A stretch of 64,000 bases of DNA from a virus (Duplodnaviria > Caudoviricetes), in the IMG/VR virus record IMGVR_UViG_3300044448_004493, positions 649 through 64,648 of that record; one strand, 5' to 3'. Of this stretch, positions 49,374 to 56,433 are shown piece by piece; positions within the stretch are counted from its first letter, which is position 1, and each line of letters opens with the position of its first letter. The notes below the pieces were generated by a model. The model was not told the DNA's origin. It was given only the letters and a program-made list of their open reading frames with translations, and searched no databases. The position numbers and the translations under genes were made by a program.

Positions 49374-50591
49374 ATGATGTTTAGGGGAAATATAAATGAA
49401 ATGGGATGCCCATTACAGTGTTGTGTTTATACAAACATGAATGCTAATTACACTATTCAAAATACCACAGTATCAGATTGTACAATAGATTGTTTACATC
49501 AATCTATGCAACTGTTTTTTGGTGGTCCAGGAGTTAGTAGTGTTACAAATATAGATTCAAGTGGAGGGTGCCCGGTTGGAGTAGATCCAACAGGTATGAC
49601 TGTAACATGTGATGGATGTCCAAATGGGGTTCCAGTTAGTCAGCAATACCCAGATCCTCCAGGTTGTCCTCAAGGATGGATACTATCAGGAACAATTAAC
49701 CCTAATACCGGAACAGTTTTAAATCCATGTGATGACGAGGGAGAGATGATTTCTTGTGATTTTTGTGATAATGGATCACCAATTAGTAATACATTCCCAA
49801 CAGCTGATGGATGTCCTCCAGGATGGATACCATCTGGTTCAGGGAATCCTTGTGATGGTCAAGGAACAGGATGTGATTTTAGTCCTAGTGGAGGATGTGC
49901 AACTCTTCATGATTTACAAGGTAGATTTGTAAATAATATGCCAAATAATTTCTTAGCTAATATGTACAATGGGTATAATAATAATGGTTGTCCTTTCTTA
50001 CACAATAGATTACAACATCATTCAGATATGATAAATTCAAACCCACAAACATTTTATGGACCTAATAACCCACAAGGATATGTGAATCCAGGACCATTAT
50101 GGGTTAATCAAAAACAATCTAAAGTAGACTTTTTACAATGTATAATAGCAGCTTGTTGTACAGGAACTGGAAATGATCACTCAGATCCGTCAGATCCGGT
50201 TGATCACGCTAGAAGAAGAAGACCAAGAAGAATCAGAGAAAATAAAAAAACAAAATCATTATTAAAAGAAAGATTTAAACAATTAGCAGGATTAAAACCT
50301 TTATATCAATTAAAAGAACAAAATCCATCTGGGACATGTCATGGAGTAGGTGATGCATCAGGTCCTTATCCAGAATCATTTGAATTAGGTAATTGGCAAG
50401 GTACTTTTGAGGATAGGCTATCAACAGCCAATAGTCCATGTGATCTTATACAGAAAAAAGTAGATAAATGGGAAAGTAAATTAGATCAACTTTCATCTAA
50501 AACTCCTCCAAAATGTAATCCTAAATGGCAAAGTCAATTAATGGCTAAAATAGCTTATGGTAATGAGTTAAGGGTACAATACGGTTGCTAA
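49374..50591 (+). CDS. Cys-rich modular protein with an internal RFKQLAGL tag, candidate head cargo
   Basis: INE, IRE and LKE boundaries; two copies of a Cys/helical module also present in 1586..3538. Confidence 0.6.
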   Translation: MMFRGNINEMGCPLQCCVYTNMNANYTIQNTTVSDCTIDCLHQSMQLFFGGPGVSSVTNIDSSGGCPVGVDPTGMTVTCDGCPNGVPVSQQYPDPPGCPQGWILSGTINPNTGTVLNPCDDEGEMISCDFCDNGSPISNTFPTADGCPPGWIPSGSGNPCDGQGTGCDFSPSGGCATLHDLQGRFVNNMPNNFLANMYNGYNNNGCPFLHNRLQHHSDMINSNPQTFYGPNNPQGYVNPGPLWVNQKQSKVDFLQCIIAACCTGTGNDHSDPSDPVDHARRRRPRRIRENKKTKSLLKERFKQLAGLKPLYQLKEQNPSGTCHGVGDASGPYPESFELGNWQGTFEDRLSTANSPCDLIQKKVDKWESKLDQLSSKTPPKCNPKWQSQLMAKIAYGNELRVQYGC

Positions 50592-50610
50592 TAAAAATAA
50601 AAGTACTTAT

Positions 50611-50640
50611 AAAAAGGTTTGGTTTCTCCAAACCTTTTTT
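50611..50640 (+). terminator. intrinsic terminator overlapping a host-type promoter (TTTG 50618, TATGTATG 50642)
   Basis: Perfect 12-bp stem AAAAAGGTTTGG/CCAAACCTTTTT. Confidence 0.75.
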
Positions 50641-50794
50641 ATATGTATGTCAAACAATAAAGGTTACAACAAACAATTAACTCCTATGAGAGATTAAAAA
50701 TATATAAAGTACTAAATGTACTTCAAAAGCACAAGAACAGTATGTCAGCTGTTCCTGTTTTCAATTAACTAAATTATTAACTAAAACAAAAATT

Positions 50795-51229
50795 ATGAAA
50801 AATTTAATTATGACAATTGCTGTAGCAATCATGACTACGTTTGCAGCTTCAGCACAATTTATGGTAGTTACGACTTATAATGCACCAGAAGATGGAGCAG
50901 AATGGGAAATGACTAGCTTAACTGACAACATGGGTATCGGATATGTAATAAACGATAAATATGTTGCTGGTTTAGTAAAAGCAGGAGAAGATTCAACAGG
51001 TGAAGCTTCTTATGACTTATGGGGCCGTTACAACTGGAATGCAAATTTATATGTTTCAGTACAAGCACCAATGGAAGAAATGATGGACAACTTAACAGTT
51101 GGACTAGGTTATTCTTACAATGTTTGGAAAGGGCTCAATGTTGAACCTAACTACAGCATGGGTTTAAAAGAAGATGAAAATGGTGAAAGAGCAGGTTCTT
51201 TCAATTTAGGTTTGTCTTACAAATTTTAA
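50795..51229 (+). CDS. small outer-membrane beta-barrel protein with a Sec signal peptide
   Basis: Signal peptide ending ASA|Q; alternating aromatic beta strands; C-terminal FNLGLSYKF BAM signal. Confidence 0.85.
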   Translation: MKNLIMTIAVAIMTTFAASAQFMVVTTYNAPEDGAEWEMTSLTDNMGIGYVINDKYVAGLVKAGEDSTGEASYDLWGRYNWNANLYVSVQAPMEEMMDNLTVGLGYSYNVWKGLNVEPNYSMGLKEDENGERAGSFNLGLSYKF

Positions 51230-51275
51230 ACTAATTATTAATTAAAAAAGACCTCGTAAAACAGGCAAATTAACA

Positions 51276-51503
51276 ATGGAAAAAGTATTTTCAACAGTAA
51301 GTGGATTTTTAACAGGATTAGGATCATTATTTATGGGTTTAATTCCAGTAACAATCCTTTGGTACGTCTTAACAGGCGGAACAGTATTTGGAATGGATGC
51401 AATCGCTAATTTAACTTCATTAGTAAATGGATTTGGAGAAGGTGGTTTCGTAGGATTAGTAGTACTAATTATCGTAGCATCATTTTTTACAGGTAAAAAG
51501 TAA
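51276..51503 (+). CDS. small Gly-rich multi-pass membrane protein
   Basis: Two to three hydrophobic helices and a KK tail. Confidence 0.7.
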   Translation: MEKVFSTVSGFLTGLGSLFMGLIPVTILWYVLTGGTVFGMDAIANLTSLVNGFGEGGFVGLVVLIIVASFFTGKK

Positions 51504-51526
51504 TAGTTTTTAGAACATATTTTTTT

Positions 51527-51552
51527 AAGAGAGGCGCTTCGGCGCCTCTTTT
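51527..51552 (+). terminator. intrinsic terminator with a UUCG tetraloop
   Basis: AGAGGCGC-TTCG-GCGCCTCT-TTT. Confidence 0.9.
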
Positions 51553-51588
51553 GTTTTCTATTTTTTTATTATATGTATATTAGAACAT

Positions 51589-51687
51589 ACGGACTTCCTA
51601 ATAAGCCGTCCCTGATATTTATAAACCCTTATTAAGGTTCCTAATAACCTTATTTCCCGTACAATTAATTAACGAGACTCGAAAGAG
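51589..51687 (+). ncRNA. candidate structured 5' leader of the scaffold/capsid operon
   Basis: Two hairpins sharing the loop TT-CCTAAT-AA, plus a CTC-GAAA-GAG tetraloop. ATATGTATA lies at 51571 and ATATTTATA at 51615. Confidence 0.5.
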
Positions 51688-51703
51688 AAAAAACAAAAAG
51701 AAA

Positions 51704-53245
51704 ATGGCAAAAGACATTTTAAAAGAAGCTATCGCTGATGCTAAAGCTGTTCGTGAAGTTGCTCTTGCAAATGCAAAAGCAGCCCTAGAAGAAGCTTTTA
51801 CACCGAAACTTCAATCAATGCTATCTGCTAAATTATCTGAAGAATTAGAAGAAGACATGTATTACGATGAAGATGAAAATGATGATGTTGAAGAAGAATT
51901 AGATTTAAATTCAATGTTAGATGAAGACGAATTGGAATCAGACATCGAAGAAGACATGGATTATAATGAAAATGAAGATAATATGGATGATGGTATGGAT
52001 GAAGAAATCGATTTAGAAGAAATTCTTAACGAATTAGAAATAGAAGGCGATGAAGCTAACGAAGACGAAGAAGATCTAGAAGAATTAGCACGTCCAAACT
52101 ATAAAGCAGAATATACTGGAACAAACCACCATTATTCAGCTGATAAAGTAATGGAAAGTGAAGAATTTGATTTAGATGCTCTTCTAAAAGAAATCAATAA
52201 TTTAGACGAAACAAAACAACCTTTAAATGAAATATGGATAAAGATTGGGTGCTTCCTTATAGGATGGGGGTTAACTGCACTCTTTGATCATTTTGAATGG
52301 TTACCTGCAGGAGGAGGTGGAATGACAACCGGTCCTGGTACTGGTGGTGTAGGAGACGCTGATATGGCTGCTGCAGCACGAAAAATAGGATTAACGGTTC
52401 CACAAACAAACAGATTACTAGGATGGGCAGAAAAAAATCCACATAAAATAGAAATGTGTAATAGTGGTGGTTCCCTAACAATGAATGATGTATCAGAAAT
52501 AAGAGACATTCTTCCTATATTAGCCGCAAAAAGTGGACGAGCAGATATGGGTGGAGTAGATACAGGTTTAAGAGGACCTAAAGAACCAATGGCAATGATG
52601 GATATGATGGAAAACGCTGAACCTGTAAATGAAAGCATATTTGCTGCTTTGTCAGGATTAGTAGCGCTATTAGGTACAGCTGGTATTACAACAGCAATCG
52701 AAGTGGCATTAGAAGATCCAGAATTCGCAGAGAAACATCCTAAATTAAAAGGTGTTTTTGATTTACTTAAAAAAATAGGAAATTCTTCATTAGTTAAAGG
52801 TATTAAACAAGAAGATATAACTTATGATGAAGACGAAAGTGATGAGTCAGAAGAGCTTGAAGAAACTAAAAAAGCCCTTAAAGCAGTTAAATCTGAACTT
52901 AATGAAGTTAATCTTTTAAATTCTAAATTATTATATGTTAATAGGATTTTTAAATCTAACAATTTAGATGATGGTCAAAAACTTAGAGTTGTTGAAACAT
53001 TAGATAAAGCTGGAAGTATTAAAGAATCTAAATTAATATATGAAACAATTAAGGATACTTTTAATGTTGCTAATACAAAGAAAGCATCTGTTAGAAAAAA
53101 TCAAACAAGAACTATAAAAGAAAATTTTGGAATGGCTTCTAAAGCAGCTGGTATTTATAAAGCTCCTAAAAAAGAAATCATTTCAGAGTCTAATAATATG
53201 GTATCTCGTTTCCAAAAATTAGCAAACATACAGATAAACGAATAA
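51704..53245 (+). CDS. gp22: prohead scaffolding/core protein (gp22-like) with inserted cargo modules
   Basis: Immediately before the capsid gene; acidic and coiled-coil; ends SRFQKLANIQINE. Confidence 0.8.
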   Translation: MAKDILKEAIADAKAVREVALANAKAALEEAFTPKLQSMLSAKLSEELEEDMYYDEDENDDVEEELDLNSMLDEDELESDIEEDMDYNENEDNMDDGMDEEIDLEEILNELEIEGDEANEDEEDLEELARPNYKAEYTGTNHHYSADKVMESEEFDLDALLKEINNLDETKQPLNEIWIKIGCFLIGWGLTALFDHFEWLPAGGGGMTTGPGTGGVGDADMAAAARKIGLTVPQTNRLLGWAEKNPHKIEMCNSGGSLTMNDVSEIRDILPILAAKSGRADMGGVDTGLRGPKEPMAMMDMMENAEPVNESIFAALSGLVALLGTAGITTAIEVALEDPEFAEKHPKLKGVFDLLKKIGNSSLVKGIKQEDITYDEDESDESEELEETKKALKAVKSELNEVNLLNSKLLYVNRIFKSNNLDDGQKLRVVETLDKAGSIKESKLIYETIKDTFNVANTKKASVRKNQTRTIKENFGMASKAAGIYKAPKKEIISESNNMVSRFQKLANIQINE

Positions 53246-53268
53246 TTAATTAAAAAAGAATAAAAAAA

Positions 53269-54984
53269 ATGAACACAGTAAATTCATTATTAGAAGGATC
53301 AAGTCCTTACCAAGTTCTTCAAAACCAAGCTGCCAAATTATCTGGTAAGTGGGAAAAATCAGGACTTTTAGAGGGAATTGAATCTTCTACAGACGCAAAC
53401 AACATGGCTATTCTTTTGGAAAACCAAGCAAAGCAATTAGTAAACGAAGCTAACACTACGGGTACTGGTGCTAATATTTCAACTGGTAATTCAGAAGCAT
53501 GGGCAGGTGTAGCTCTTCCATTAGTACGAAGAGTATTTGGTGAAATCGTTGCTAAAGATTTAGTATCGGTTCAACCAATGAACTTACCTGCTGGATTGAT
53601 CTTTTATTTAGACTTCCAGTATGGTTCAACAGGTGATGGTTTCACATCAGGCGATAGCTTATATGGAGCTTCATCAGACCTTAAGAGAACTGAACTTCCT
53701 GCTACAGCAAATAGAAAAGCTCTATATGGTGCAGGTACTTTCGGTTACTCATTTAACCAAACAGGATCTGCTACAGTTACTTTAGCTTCAGGTGCTGCAG
53801 CTCACGACACTCCATCTGAATTATTAAATGGTATCTTAAATATGGATACACAATTCTCAGCATCTAAAGCTGGTGAATTTAATGATGGTAATGCAGTAGT
53901 AAGAGTTGTAACAGTAAATACTTCATCATTAGTTGATTTTGATGTAGATGCAATTAGAGCTATTTCTTTAGGAACTGGATCTTTAGGTGTTGATCTTTTC
54001 CCACAATTTACAAGAGTAAATGCTGGTAAACTTGAATTAGTAATTTCAGCAGCTGCAAATATTGATATGGAAGGTATGAAAGTAACTTACCCAATCACTC
54101 CTGACAACTTAGATGACAGAGGTGACTTTGAGGAAGGTAAAAACGCATCTTCAGCTGGTGGTGGAACTGATGGTCTTAACTCAACACTTGAAATCCCTGA
54201 AATCAATGTTCAATTAAGAAGTGATACAGTTGCTGCTAAAACACGTAAATTGAAAGCACAATGGACTCCTGAGTTCGCTCAAGACTTGAATGCTTACCAT
54301 TCAATTGACGCTGAAGCAGAATTAACTTCTATCTTAAGTGAATATATTTCAATGGAAATTGATTTAGAAATCTTAGACATGTTAATCAGAAACGCTGATA
54401 CAGTTGAAGGTTGGAGTGCTAAAGTAGGTGAAGATGTTTCAGTTACTAGCCCATCTAACAACTCAGTAGGTGGTTCTAACCCAGCAGTTACTTTCTCTAC
54501 AGAAACTAACAACTTAGGTGTATATTACACTAAGATGTCTTGGTTCCAAACTTTAGGTATTAAATTACAAAAAGTTAGTAACTTAATTCATCAGAAAACT
54601 TTAAGAGGTGGTGCTAATTTCTTAGTAGTTTCTCCAAGAGTTTCTACAATCTTAGAATCAATCCCAGGATTTGCTGCTGACTCAGCTGGAGACAGTGACA
54701 AATACAACATGGGTGTTCAAAAGATTGGTGCAATTAACAACAGATACACAGTTTACAAAAATCCTTATATGACTGAAAATATCATTTTAATGGGTTACAA
54801 AGGATCTCAATTCCTTGAAACTGGTGCTGTCTTTGCTCCATATATTCCATTAATCATGACTCCATTAGTGTACGATCCAACGTCATTCACACCAAGAAAA
54901 GGTATTATGACTAGATACGCTAAGAAAATGGTTCGTCCTGATTTCTATGGTAAAGTAGTAATTAGAGACTTAGACCAACTGTAA
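53269..54984 (+). CDS. gp23: major capsid protein (T4 gp23-like)
   Basis: VSVQPMNLPAGLIFYL, TRKLKAQWTPEFAQDLNAYH and PYIPL motifs; strong C-ending codon bias; predicted cleavage at LVNE60|A. Confidence 0.96.
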   Translation: MNTVNSLLEGSSPYQVLQNQAAKLSGKWEKSGLLEGIESSTDANNMAILLENQAKQLVNEANTTGTGANISTGNSEAWAGVALPLVRRVFGEIVAKDLVSVQPMNLPAGLIFYLDFQYGSTGDGFTSGDSLYGASSDLKRTELPATANRKALYGAGTFGYSFNQTGSATVTLASGAAAHDTPSELLNGILNMDTQFSASKAGEFNDGNAVVRVVTVNTSSLVDFDVDAIRAISLGTGSLGVDLFPQFTRVNAGKLELVISAAANIDMEGMKVTYPITPDNLDDRGDFEEGKNASSAGGGTDGLNSTLEIPEINVQLRSDTVAAKTRKLKAQWTPEFAQDLNAYHSIDAEAELTSILSEYISMEIDLEILDMLIRNADTVEGWSAKVGEDVSVTSPSNNSVGGSNPAVTFSTETNNLGVYYTKMSWFQTLGIKLQKVSNLIHQKTLRGGANFLVVSPRVSTILESIPGFAADSAGDSDKYNMGVQKIGAINNRYTVYKNPYMTENIILMGYKGSQFLETGAVFAPYIPLIMTPLVYDPTSFTPRKGIMTRYAKKMVRPDFYGKVVIRDLDQL

Positions 54985-55008
54985 AAAGTTAGTTAAAATC
55001 TTTTTAAG

Positions 55009-55036
55009 AAAGAGCCGCATTAGCGGCTCTTTTTTT
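55009..55036 (+). terminator. intrinsic terminator after the capsid gene
   Basis: AAAGAGCCGC-ATTA-GCGGCTCTTT followed by a T-run. Confidence 0.9.
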
Positions 55037-55045
55037 ATATTTATT
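55037..55045 (+). promoter_or_regulatory. putative late promoter ATATTTATT
   Basis: Directly after the terminator. Confidence 0.6.
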
Positions 55046-55052
55046 TACGATA

Positions 55053-55135
55053 AACAATGTTTGGTCGATATTGTTAAACAATATTAAAAACGGGGAAAAT
55101 GGCCTCTATGGATTGACCACTATAGTTGTATCCCC
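55053..55135 (+). ncRNA. candidate kissing-loop/pseudoknot RNA leader
   Basis: Hairpin loops TTGGTCG and ATTGACCA are complementary; a GGGGA/TCCCC stem encloses the second hairpin. Confidence 0.5.
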
Positions 55136-55158
55136 ATAATGTCAAAAAATTAAATAAA

Positions 55159-55638
55159 ATGGCAAACAGATCAAGATCGTTCTTAAAGAACTCAAACTCG
55201 GATTTTAACAATATCCTTGACAGTGTAGAATTAGCTATTAGAGAAACATCTTCTCCAACAGGAACTTCTACAACATTAACTAATGAAGATTCAGGAAAAA
55301 TTATCTTTATGGATGCTTCAAGTGCTAACACTATTACTTTACCAGCAGTTGCAACTACATCCGCAGGATGGAATGTAAAAGTAATCCTTACAGTTACAGG
55401 TGATGCGGGTATTATCAATACATCAGGTGCTGAAGATAAATTAACTGGGTATGTAGAAGAATCAGCAGCAAATGGTGGTAACCATACATTAACTGCAGAT
55501 ACAGATGCAGATAGAGTTACATTTGTAAATGGAGCTGTACCTGGTGATTGGGTAGAATTTACTAGTAATGGATCTTTATTTTTTGTATATGGTAAATCAG
55601 CTGCAGAAAATAAAATTACATTAACTAAAGAAGACTAA
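55159..55638 (+). CDS. putative capsid decoration/head-fibre protein
   Basis: Follows the capsid gene; beta-rich DSGKIIFM..TITLPAVA..GDWVEF; start moved to ATG 55159. Confidence 0.5.
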   Translation: MANRSRSFLKNSNSDFNNILDSVELAIRETSSPTGTSTTLTNEDSGKIIFMDASSANTITLPAVATTSAGWNVKVILTVTGDAGIINTSGAEDKLTGYVEESAANGGNHTLTADTDADRVTFVNGAVPGDWVEFTSNGSLFFVYGKSAAENKITLTKED

Positions 55639-55659
55639 TAGTTAATCTATTAAATTTTA

Positions 55660-55692
55660 AAGAAGAGTCGCAATAGCGACTCTTTTTTTTTT
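55660..55692 (+). terminator. intrinsic terminator
   Basis: AAGAGTCGC-AATA-GCGACTCTT followed by a long T-run. Confidence 0.9.
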
Positions 55693-55718
55693 ATATGTAT
55701 TATCAAACGTTACATTAT

Positions 55719-56381
55719 ATGGCTAAACAAAATACGGTAAAAAAGCCTCCAAAAGGCTTGGTTAGATTTTCACTTTCACTTTCACCAGAACAAAAATCAG
55801 CAAAACAAGCAATACTTCATCATCCCTATAATTTTATAGTCGGTAAAGCAGGTAGTGGTAAAACATTATTAGCATGCCAAATTGCTTTAGATTTATTTTT
55901 TAAAAGACAAATCAATAAAATCATAATAACTAGACCTACAGTATCAACTGAAGATAATGGATTTTTACCTGGTTCTGAAAAAGAAAAAATGGAACCTTGG
56001 CTAGTACCTATTAGATCTAATATGAGAAAAGTTTACAATAAACCACTTATTTTAGATAAAATGGAAAAGGAAGAATCCATTGAATTAGTTTCTTTAGCTC
56101 ACTTTAGAGGTAGAACATTTGAAAATTCTTTAGTAATAGTTGATGAATTTCAAAATTTAACTAAATCACAATTAAGAATGACTTTAGGTAGATTAGGAAA
56201 AAATTCAACAATGATATTTACAGGAGATAATCAACAAATTGATTTAAAAGATTCTAATTATTCTGCTATCCATGAATTACCTAAAATTACAAATTCTCAA
56301 TATGTTTATAAAAGAGTATTAGAAGATAATCATCGCCATGAAGCAATAGATGAGGTATTCGAATTATTAAACGGAATGTAA
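55719..56381 (+). CDS. phoH: PhoH-like ATPase
   Basis: GKAGSGKT, IIITRP, GFLPG, HFRGRTF, DEFQN and GDNQQID motifs; start moved to ATG 55719. Confidence 0.92.
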   Translation: MAKQNTVKKPPKGLVRFSLSLSPEQKSAKQAILHHPYNFIVGKAGSGKTLLACQIALDLFFKRQINKIIITRPTVSTEDNGFLPGSEKEKMEPWLVPIRSNMRKVYNKPLILDKMEKEESIELVSLAHFRGRTFENSLVIVDEFQNLTKSQLRMTLGRLGKNSTMIFTGDNQQIDLKDSNYSAIHELPKITNSQYVYKRVLEDNHRHEAIDEVFELLNGM

Positions 56382-56400
56382 CCTTTTTCGTAATTTTTCC

Positions 56401-56409
56401 ATATTTATA
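56401..56409 (+). promoter_or_regulatory. putative late promoter ATATTTATA
   Basis: Recurrent motif upstream of 56434. Confidence 0.65.
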
Positions 56410-56433
56410 CGAGAACAACTAAACTAGATTAAC

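Noticed and set aside
55719-56381. PhoH as a novel auxiliary gene
   Set aside because: PhoH is well known and widespread in marine T4-like phages.
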